DNA from: Salisapilia sapeloensis CBS 127946
Taxonomy: Eukaryota; Protista; Oomycota
Assembly (NCBI GenBank): GCA_023334545.1
Contig: JAADVB010000055.1
Location: 1-64,000, forward strand
Length of the DNA: 64,000 bases
Direction of reading: 5' to 3'
Below the pieces are notes generated by a model. It searched no databases, had not been told where the DNA came from, and saw only the letters and a list, made by a program, of their open reading frames with translations. Shown here piece by piece: positions 1 through 11,300 of this stretch. The position numbers were made by a program, and so were the translations under genes. Numbering within the stretch: the first letter of the stretch is position 1; each line of letters opens with the position of its first letter.

Positions 1-193
1 AGGATACTTGATGAACATGAAAGTGCTCCAGAACGCCGGCATCTAAAGTAAATAAAACCACCCTCCGTCCCTCGTCCTCTCTTTGCACATGAATTTCCGG
101 AACGCTGCTTGCAACTTCAATGATTGCACATAATTCAAGACGCAATCGGATCTAAGCGGAACGGCTCCAACTTCAAAAACCAAACGCCGAAGA

Positions 194-2203
194 ATGAGCT
201 CCGAGCGAGAGCGATCGGATGAGAGCTCGATGTTGGGCTATGAGCTCGCATTTGACAGAGCAGCTGAAGCCATTGGTCAGGCAGTGGACCAAAGTGAAGT
301 GTACATGACCGACTCGCAAAAGCTGCAGCTCTTTGCGCTGTACAAGCAAGCTTCAGAAGGCGACTGTGAGCTTCCCTTACCAAGTGAGTACTGACCAGAG
401 CGTTTAATTCATTTTCTGGAGATTTCTGTGTTGTCTTGACCGCAGTATACTAACACGTCAATCGTCATATAGGCGTATACCATCCAGTGGTATGTTAATT
501 GTGATGTGGAGGATATAAAGACGCCTGTAGAAACAGTATTTAAGCGTCTTCGTCCATCCTACTACAACCTAAGCATACGCATTCGTCAACTAACATTTTT
601 TTCTTAAAATGCAGGACCGAGCGAAATGGTAACGTGCAGGATACGACTTTAGTATAATCTTGGCAACTAATATATAAGTCTAGGAATGCGTGGAGACACT
701 TGCATGGCATGAACACAATCATTGCAAAGCGTCGATACGTTGTGAACGTTCTGGAGCTGCTTCCAAGCTTCCAGTTATCACCCGTCCGACAGCAAGAACG
801 ATCTTCGTCTTCTCCAGCTACAGACGACCAGTCGTTGGAATCGCCCCTCCGAAAAGAGCCATTCCCATCATCGTCCTACTTGTACACCTTGTGCCAAGTA
901 GGCTCAACTGTCGCACTTGTATTCGGTGCATTCTACGGATGGCTCCTTATCTGGCCATCACTATCGATTGAAATCCCACGCAACGTCAAGGACGCTACAG
1001 TGATGCCGATCGTCTGGTTTGGACTTGGCGGTCTTATCATGCTCACGCTGAAAGCTAACGTAAAGTCTATAATCACTTGAATACGTTTCTGACTCATCAT
1101 TGCATGGATACGGCTAATACGATCTGTGCTTTGACAGGTTCTCCATTGGAAACTCCTTGACGGTGAGCTCATGTGGCTGCCACATGTCCGGAAGCGTTAT
1201 CCGAGACGACAACGTCGACGTGGCCAGAGAGCTCCGAAAGTGCCAACGTTTGAAGAATTGGGTTTGACGTTGGTAAAAGAAGGAGAAGCAAGTGCAAATG
1301 GTGCTCTGGATATGTCCAACCCACGCCTCGAGCTTAGTCCCCCGGCAGGTGATCCCAATTCTACAACAATCGAATTGGAGTCAGGTCACATCCCCTTCCC
1401 GGTCGAGCAGGTACCGCTAGCATACCTATAGTGAAGATCATAAGAGCTCACTGTGTCAATGCGGCATAGACTGGCGACATGCACTTCCGAAAGTTTAAGG
1501 AGCCGCTGCCAGATCCAGCGAATCCATTGTTGGAGAAAATATCGACGATCATGGAGCATACTTTTGAGGAGTATGCGGCAATATACAGACAGCGACTGCT
1601 CTGCCTCAAGTAAGGCTACGTGTATCACATTAAAATCTGCCTTGCTAAAGTGTTTATGATAGAAATGACCTGCCCTACTTGATCAAGCGCTTTATTAATA
1701 CCGACTACATGGAGTATGTCGAGCACTCATTATTCGACAAGCGCAATCGCGTACGAGCTTGGAAGAATTGCTATTCATCTTGTCAGTTGTAGAACTAATG
1801 CACACGTTCTTAGGTCCTATACGTGTACGTCGTAAACAAATCCTTCTCGGACTTGGGCACTGTCATGGAGTACATTGTCTATCGACCTTCTAAAGAGGAC
1901 GAAAACGCGTAAGATCATGTCTAATCTACGTTCAAGTACCCCATAGAAAGACTGATTGGTGCTACTTGCGTAGGACGGAGATAAATCAGTCAGCTCGTAT
2001 GGTCATCAAGAGCGCATCTATAAATTGGTTCCGATCGCAGGTCTTACTCTAGTCATGTGTGCTACCTCTGTACTTCACTCAACTTGTCGTCATAGATTGA
2101 GCCACTTACTCAAACTTTCTACACCAAAGACGCAATGGCCGCTCGAGCATATTTGGTCGAAAGACTGGAAGAAGAATTCGGCCAGCTGCAACCAGCTACT
2201 TAG
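194..2203 (+). CDS. Spliced gene: acyl-CoA-binding (ACBP) domain + 2 TM helices + PRELI/MSF1-like lipid-transfer domain, ~455 aa
   Basis: Exons 194-383, 473-489, 615-628, 684-1059, 1138-1410, 1470-1609, 1663-1750, 1814-1908, 1974-2040 and 2096-2203. All introns are GT-AG and the phases sum to 1368 nt with no internal stop. The join rebuilds ACBP (KLQLFALYKQASEGDC..PLPSVYHPVDRAKWNAWRHLHGM). The C-terminus LPYLIKRFINTDYMEYVEHSLFDKRNRVLYVYVVNKSFS..MEYIVYRPSKEDENATEINQSA matches the PRELI pattern. Confidence 0.8.
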
Positions 2204-2324
2204 TCTACCTAGACTTGATTTCACTTCAACAGGAATATCATTCTAACCGCTTCGGGTCGTTATCCGTTTCAGATTTAATTTCAATAGGTTTCCATCAGTC
2301 CGATACCTACCACTTTGTCCTGAC

Positions 2325-5300
2325 ATGTCCAAAGTGCTAGAACAGCTCGTCGCTCGTGGCAGACGCGAGAGAAAGCCGACTGAGCAACGTGATGTCGCCT
2401 TTAGCCTGGCAGAGATCTCCACCACAGCAGAGCTGCATGACAAAATGGTAGCGAAAGGAGTTGTTCGATCTCTCATGACGCTCATTGTCAAGTCGACAGA
2501 TGAAGAGGCGTTACGACTATCATGCTTATGCTTAGCGAATATCGCGTCGACGGCCACAACTCGCGTCAAGATTGTTGAAGAGGCTGTGCTTCCGCATTTA
2601 ATAGAGTATATCAAGCAACCAGAATCAGACGCGATTGCTATACAGTATATGGCTATGGTACTTGGCAACTTGGCAGCAGAGCCTGAGAACCACGAGGAGA
2701 TCGCGGACAAAGGTGCGATCCAAGTGCTGGTGAAGCTTTTGGATCCAGAGCACATTCATATTAGTACCTACTGCGCCTTCGCTTTGTCGAACTTGGCGGT
2801 GAATAACGACCATCGACCAATTATCGTGGACGAAGGCGCTATACCTAGACTGATCGCAGTTGCTTGTTGTCGTGATATTGGGGCGCAGAAGCAGTCATTA
2901 GCTTGCTTGCGGGGTATCTGCATTAGTCCAAAGAACCGAGTCGTTGTCGTTAAAGAAGGGATTCTCGATCCACTTGTGCTCATGTCTCGAAGTGAGGATG
3001 CAGCCATCCAATGTGAAGTTGCGGCTGCCTTCTGTACTCTATCCGCGAATTCTGAAAACAAAGGCGAGATAGCGGATAGAGCCTTGCTCACTATTATTTC
3101 TATGAGCTTATCAGGAGATCCAGCTGTGGAAGAATTTGCCTGCAGCACCGTTGCGAATCTGATGGAGGTGCAAGAGCTGCATGCCAAGCTCTTAAAGGAA
3201 AATGGTCTGGCCTCCATCATGGCACTTGCTGTCGCAACGGACTTGAATACTCGATCCGAAGCTTGTCGATGCATCGCCAATCTAGCAGCAAACCAAGCCA
3301 TGCAGCCTGCATTAGTGAAAGAAGGAGTGCTCGCGTCTCTAGCGAACACTCTAGTGATTGACCATCATGTCTGCCAACGATTTGCAGCCTTAGCACTCGC
3401 AAACTTGTCTGTAACATCCGCGTATCAGTCTGAAATCGTTGGCCTTGGGACCATATCGCCATTGATCCAGCTAGCACAGGCATTCGACCGAGAGCTAGAG
3501 GCTAGACGGTATGCTGTTCTGGCCATTGCCAACCTAGCTGCTATGTCGGCCAACCACGCAGCTCTTTTGAAAGCTGGTTGCCTCCTCTCCCTCTTCTCAC
3601 TCGCTAGTACGGCCGATCGACTGAGTCAGTACTACGTCGCATGTGCTCTAGCTAACTTTTCGTCATGCGAAGACAACCACGCTAGACTTGTCGAAGAAGG
3701 TGGACTTCAGCCCATCATTACGCTCGCATGTTTGGACGACACTGACGTGCATCATCAAGCAGTTGCTGCGCTTCGAGGCCTAGCTGTTCTGGAAACGAAT
3801 CGTATTAAAATCGTACAGGAAGGTGGACTAGAACCTCTGGTGCACCTACTTGATAGTGATGACGTTGATATTCTTCGAGAAGTGTGTGCGGCTTTGTGCA
3901 ATCTCACCATGAGTGATGAAACCAAGTACGAAATCGCAAAGAGCGGGACGGTCCCGTTACTCATTTATCATGCCCAGTCCGATGATAAAGAGTTGGCAAA
4001 ACAAAGTTGTGCTGCACTTGCCAATTTAGCAGAGTTGGAGGAGAATCAGGAGAAAATCTGTATGGATGGTGGCGTACAGCCTCTTATTTCCATGATGCGG
4101 TCACAGTTCATTGAAGTACAGCGTGAAGCTGGGCGTGCGCTTGGAAACCTCTCAGCGTTTGAGCGCAACCACGACGTCATCGTTGAGCACGGCGGTCACC
4201 AGCTTTTAATCTCGTATCTACTTTCGCCAGACGTTGGCTCACAACGTGTCGGATCGCTTGGTATCTGCAATCTCGCAACGAATGCGAGCATGCGAGTGCT
4301 CTTGATGGAGAATGGAGCGATGGAGCCACTTATGTCCTTGGCCCGTTCAGAAGATGTGGAGCTAGAAATCCAGCGCTTCGCCATCTTAGCCATTGCGAAC
4401 CTTGCTACCTGTGTAGATAACCATGCCGCAATTGTTGAAGAAGGGTCCATCCCACTCCTGATATCACTTTCTGGTGCTCCGGATGAACAAGTCCGACAGT
4501 ATGCAGCATTCGCCTTAGTCAAGGTGGGATTAAATGCTGATCTTCGACAACTCTTGACGGAAGAAGGTGGTTTAGAACCGGTTCTTTTCCTAGCTAGGAC
4601 ACAGAGTAAAGAAATCCATCAAGATGTACTCCCAGCGATCTGCACCTTGTCGTTCGCCGATTCAAACAAATCGGACATTTGTCACAACGGTGGTTTGCCA
4701 CCGCTCGTGTCTGCCCTCGCAAACGCAGATGTCACGTTGCAGCGACTTGCTAGTTGTGCTATCGCAAACTTGGCTGAAGTCGTTGAAAACCAAGATAAGA
4801 TCGTCGAAAGTGGTGTCGTTTCCAGACTAGCTCAAGTGCTGAAGAATGGGCATGTGATCGTCCAAAGAGAAGCTGCGAGAGCAATCGGTAATTTGGCAGC
4901 AAATTGTGATTTCGCCGCGCTCTTCTTCCGGGAAGGCACAGTCACGCCGCTGCTGCAGCTATTTGGAAGCGAGGTCATCGATTGCCAACGCATGGCTGCG
5001 ATGGCACTGTGCAACTTGGCGACCAATATAGACAACGTACCCAAGATGCTATCTCAGTACGAGCTTCTGGAACCTATATTAGCCAGACTGGAAGAAGCCC
5101 TGGATCCACGATCACTCGCCGACAATGATGTCATCCGATATGCGCTCTTGATCTTGGCAAACCTCGCCGTGTCGGAAACCACACATGAAGTGCTCATTTC
5201 TAAAGCGCTGCCTCTGCTATCAGGGTACTGCAAGCATCGAGACGTAAAGTGTCGTCAATTCGCCGTCTTTGCGATCGGAAACCTATGCAGCAATCCATCA

Positions 5301-8300
5301 AATATTGAGGATATTGTCGGAGCCGACTGTCTGCCTCCGCTTGTGTCGTTTGCTTTTCCTGGTGACCCGAACGTGCAGTTCCAAGCAGTGGCAGCACTGC
5401 GAGGAATGTCGATCCATCAGAATGTTCGCCAACTAATCGTTCGACAAGGAGCGTTGGAGCCGCTTATACTTGCCGCATCATCCGAAAGCGTGGAAGTGCA
5501 GCGTGAGGTTGCTGCCACCTTGTGCAATCTGTCACTGAGCGAGGAAAACAAGCTGACAATGACTCGCGGTGGGTGCCTACCTCCTTTAATCGCACTGGCA
5601 AATGCCAGAGACAGCTATCGAGAACGTCACGCTGTGTGCGCCTTGGCGAACTTGGCAGAGATGGTCGAAGGACACTCCCACAAGAAAATGTTGGATGAAG
5701 GCATTCTCGCTACGTTGTATACTCTCGCTCCGACGCAAGACTTGGAGGTCAAGCGGCAAGTTTCGCGATGCATTGCTCTCTTTGCAGCAAAGCCAGCTAG
5801 CCAGTCGGCTTTGTTAAGAAGTAATGCGCTGAAGCATATCAGTGCTTTTACCCAAGAGCATGACGATATGATGTGCCAACGATTTGGTGTACTGGCTATT
5901 GGTAATCTTGCCGTGGATGAGAAGAATCACAAGGATCTATTCGACGAGGGTGCTGTGACTGCTCTCATGAGTGTGGAAAAGTCGACGGATATGGAAACTC
6001 GGCGTTCGCTTGCCTTTGCGTTGAATAATCTAGCTTCAAACGAAGAGAACAATATCCAAATCTCCAAACTTGGTGTTTTGCGAACCGTCATTTCTTTATT
6101 AAAAGATAAGGATAAGGATACGCACTTACAAGCATGTTTCGCATTACGACGGATGACGCTTGAAGCGAAGAATCGTACTCAAGCTGTGTCATTTGGTGCG
6201 TTGCCATCTCTTTTCAAGCTAGCAACTTCTGAAAATATCGAAGTGCAGAGGGAAGTGGCTGCTGCGTTGCGTAACATTTCTCTCAGTGAAGACAATAAGG
6301 TCTTTATGGTACTTAACGGAGCTCTTACACCACTCGTGACGCTCCTTCATTCCGGAGACACAGAAACTTCGCATCAGGCGTGTGGCGTCTTGGCGAATCT
6401 TGCAGAGGTCGTTGAGAATCAAGGACGCATGGTCAAGGAAGGGATTCTGCAACATTTGAAATTCGTGCTGCGTGGAAATAACCCTGATATCACTCGAGAA
6501 GCGCTTCGAGCGGTCGCAAACATGTCCGCTGAGTATGCGTATCTGACAGAGATCATATCTAGCGGAGGCCTCGGACCTCTACTCGCTGGTCTGTCGCTGC
6601 CTGACTTTTTAAGTCAACGCTATGCAGCTATGGGTATAGCAAACCTCACGACACACTCGGACAATATCACTCGCATTGCTCAGGAAGGTTGCATTCCGAC
6701 TTTGATCCATCTCGCAAGGCCTCTCGCTGCTGCGGACTTGGAAACGCAGCGGTATGCGACCTTTACACTTACGAACATGGCGAGTTCGAGGGCAATACAG
6801 CCTCAGTTGATTGAAGCGGAGATTATTCCGCTCTTGGTAGAGCTGCTCGGTCATCCAGACATGAGTCTACGCAATGCAGCAGCGTTTGGCATTGCCAACC
6901 TTGCTGCTTTCGTTGAAAATCATGACCTGCTTCTGCAGGTCAACATTAGCGACAGTAGTGAAGCGAACGTCTTGTTGGATTCGTTACTAGTCCTTGTAAA
7001 CAGCCAAGATCCCAAGTGTCAGTATCGAGCTGTCAGCGCACTTAGAGGTTTGTGTATCACTGACAGAGCTCGAAATGCCATTGTCCGGCGTGGCGGTCTA
7101 GCTCCTCTTTTAAAACTTACTGCGTCGGACGATATGGATGTACAGCAGGAAGTTCTAGCGTGCTTGTGCAATATCTCTCTCAGTGGTGCTCTAAGTGCTT
7201 GCGCGGACGATGTTGTAGATGCGTGTGCGATGGGCTCTCTTGTTTCTTTCCTTTGTTCAGCTGATGCAACCTATCGACTATTTGGAGCCGTCACGCTTGG
7301 AAACTTGGCTGGCAAAGTAGAACATCAGCAGGCTATTGTAGATGCGGATGCCGTTTCGCCTCTAGTGGAGCTTTCGAATCGTGTCGATTTGGAAACACAT
7401 CGGTGCATTGCACTTGCTCTTTGCAACCTCGCTTCCAACGTCAATCGGAGGCAGCTAGTAGAAGAGTTGGGTGGCATTGTGCCAATCATTCAATTAGCAT
7501 GTAGTGACAGTGCTGAGGACCAGCAAACTGCTGTCTCTGCTCTACGAGGGATATCCGATCGACCAGAAAGCCGGCTAAAAATCGTTACCGACGGTGGCTT
7601 AGAGCCACTTATACTTGGCTCAAAGTCGAAAGAAATTAATCTCGTTCGTGAAGTCTCACTCACCACCTACAATCTGTCCCTCGCCGAGGAGAACAAGATC
7701 AAAATCGCCACTTCCCCTTTGATGGGAGCAATGATCACCCTGATGCTTTCACCTGATCCGATCATCTCTAAATTTGCTTGTGCTAGTGTGGCGAACTTGA
7801 CTGAGAATAGAGAAACCCATAACTCGATTGCTGGACAACGTGGTCTGCATTTCTTTGTTGAGTTTCAACGTCATGCTAGTCAAGCAGAATCGGATTGTTT
7901 AGTTGTAGCTCAAGAGGCGGTTCGATGTGTTGCAAACCTAGCTTCAGACTATGCGCTACATGATACCCTGCTGGCCGATCGAGCGCATGAGCTTATTCTA
8001 AAGGCGCTACTTCCAAATGTCACGCCAGAAGTCAAGCTCTTCGCATCTATTGCCTTGTCCAACATCGTTTCGAATCCCGAAACGCATTCACGCATCTTAA
8101 AAGAGTCCGTCATACCGTGTCTGGTCGAGCTCATGAATGACATCGGGACGCCCTCGGTACGGAAGTTTGCTCTTTTAGCTAGCGGCAGTCTCCTCGGAGA
8201 CAGCAGTTCGCATGAACGATTTGTCGCGAGTGGAGCTATCAGTGCACTTACTCGAGGACTAGATTCGTCCAATGAGATGGAAATACGGCTTAATTCTGCC

Positions 8301-11300
8301 TTTGCGCTCGGAAAACTAGCAATGAACGAGGCTTTCCACGAACGCATCGGTGAAGAGAGCAAATACGGCCAGCCTTTAATTAATCTCGCCATTGACGCTG
8401 AAAAGTCCCGTCATCTTGCAGCACAAACGCAAGCTGTATCAGTGCTGCGTCGAATCACTCGTTCAGAGATCAATTGCGTAAAGATGATAGAGCTGCATGC
8501 GGACAATCTACTAGAGTCGCTTGTATATGCAATGCAACAGGATTGCGTCGAATCCCAGCGAGAGGCAGTGAGCTGTCTCTGCAACTTGACGCTTCCAACA
8601 GTGAACAAAGTACCTGTGGCAAAGGCATCGGATGGCTGTCGCCGTCTTCTTCTTTTGTGTATATCACAAGACATTGAAGTAGCTCGAAATTCTTGTGCTG
8701 CTTTGGCGAATGTATCCGAAGAAGCTGACTCTCATGCGTACATGGTTGACTTATTTGCCATGCCAGTTGCAGTCAAAGCCATGCGATCTCGTCATCTGCC
8801 TGTGTATCGGGAAGCAGCACGATGGACGTCTAATCTGTTGTCATCACCTGAATTTCATATCCTACTGCTGCAAGAAGAAGGCCTAAAGGCGTTGCTCCGT
8901 GTAGCTAAGGTGGAAGATCATGAGTGCCAGTACAGCACGGCTTTGTCATTCCATAAGCTGACATCCAACGAAGCGATGCACCCCGCCTTAATGGAAAACG
9001 ATGGTGTCGTTAAAACGCTGCATGCGCTTTTGACTGTTCCTGGGATGGACGTCCGACACCAGGCAGCGATAGCTCTCAAGTTCCTTACCATGAACAAAGC
9101 CAATAAACCGACGCTAGCTGAGGATGGCACCTTGCACTCACTTATTGCGCTCTTACGGAGCGATGATAGCACGCTGCAGTGTATTGGTGCAGCAGGCATT
9201 CGGCATTTAGTCCTCTATAACCCAGTCAAAACATCGTTTGTGCAAGAAGGAGGACTCGCGCCTATCTTCGCATGCTGTCATAAAGAGGATGACAGCATCC
9301 GCGTTCAATGCGCCGGTGCCATTGCCAATCTCAGCGAGAACGTTCCAAATCAAATTGAAATCGTAAAAGCTGGTGGACTGGACGCCTTGGTTGCTTTGAC
9401 GAATGCGAGCTATCATAGTGAAATAGCACAGCACACTAGTCGAAGTTTCGCAAATTTATCGGCGAACGGAGAGAACCAAATGGGCGTTTTCGCTCTTGCT
9501 GAACTCCGAGCCATCTTTACACTTGCATCCGTTGCTGTGAGCCGGAATGAAGAATTATGTGGGCGTGATGCTGCCATGTGCATTGGCAATCTCGCAATTT
9601 CGACGAAAGCACAGATCCAGATCGTCGAGTATGGAGGCTTGAGTCCCCTTACACAGCTACTTCAAAGCCCATATGAATCATGTCGACAGTATGCAGCGCG
9701 AGCAATGTACCGAGTCAGCGCTAATAGTGAGAATCAGCTTCGAATCGTCGATGCTGGTGCACTTGTTCCACTTGCTAGTCTCCTAAAAGAGTGGAGTGAT
9801 CCCGAGACGCAGCGTTATGCAGCCATGGCGGTATGTAACTTGTCTAGTAACGCTGCGAATGAGCACAGTGTGATGAAAGCAGGAGCGATGCAACCTTTGA
9901 TTGAACTCTTACGCTCCCCGCGAAGCGATTGTGCAAAGTACGCCTGCATGGCACTGTGTAACCTGACGCAGCATCCCGTGAACCAGATGCAGTTGGCTAG
10001 TTACGACGATGGCATTGATGCACTAGTGGATTTAGCTGAATCGACCAATACTGATTGCTGCCGAAACGCCAGTATGACGCTTGCTAATACTTCTGCGCAC
10101 AGGATGAACCGTATTGTTGTCGTTGAAAGACGGGCCTTGAGGCCATTACGAGCGTTGTGCTTTTCTCCTAATCTGGAATGTCAACGAAGTGCTGCACTAG
10201 CAATATACAACGTTTCTTGTGCACAAGCGAACCAAGTTGCGATCATCGAGGCAGGCATGGAAGCTGCGTTAGTGCGTTTGGCTGGATCCAATGATGGAGA
10301 CTGTAAACGATATGCAGTAATGACGATGTGCAATCTGGCCGCTAATGTCGAGACACGCCAAGCTGCAGCGCGAGGTGGAGGACTGCAGGCACTGATTCTA
10401 GCCTCCAAAGATGACGACGTGACCATTCGCAGATACGCTTGTATCGCGCTTTGTAACCTTGCCTGCGATACGCTTTTACAAGCCCAGATTGTCGTTCATG
10501 GAGGTTTAGCGCCAATTTTATCGATGGCAGAGTCCCGTCTTGATCTTGAAGAAGCGGATGGAGATACTTCAGCTGAAGCAGACGTCGAGTCACAGCGCTT
10601 TGGCATGATGGCTTTGTCCAACATGGCTGTAAACGAGTCAAATCATGAACCTATGCTACGTCGTGACGTGCTTCAAGTCGCTCTACGCCTCTCTCGGTCG
10701 GAAGATGAAGACTGTCGACAATATGCAGCATTTGCTCTCGCCAACTTTGCTGGTAATCCAGATCATTGTGACTTTATTGGCGAACAAGGCGGGTTGACAG
10801 CTTTGATCTCGTTGGCTCATTCGGAAGACGCAAACTCACACACATTGGCGATCTCTGCGATAAGACGAATGTGTCAATTCTCTCCTCCGAACCGAGGCAG
10901 GATCGTTCGAGGTGGAGGCTTGATACCGCTTACCATTGCAGGGTACTCGGAAGAACTTGAGACACAGAGAGAGGTCGCAGCAACCTTTTGTAACTTGTCA
11001 TTGAGTGATGAATTTCGCGTTGAAATTGTTACTCAAGGAGCCCTGCGGCCTCTCCTGTCACTTGCTCAGTCGCCAGACTTGGAAGTGTCGCGACAAGCAT
11101 GTGGCGCACTAGCCAATCTTGCCGAGCACGTTGATACGCATGAACAGTTTGTCCAGGAGAAAAGTGGAAACTGTTTCATTGCTTTATTGAAGCACCAGTC
11201 GATCGACATCCATCGTGAAGCTTCCCGTATCATCGCAAATCTGCTTTCAAGCTTCCAGAACCACATTGAAGTAATTGCGGAAGGTCTCCCAGGTCTCATT

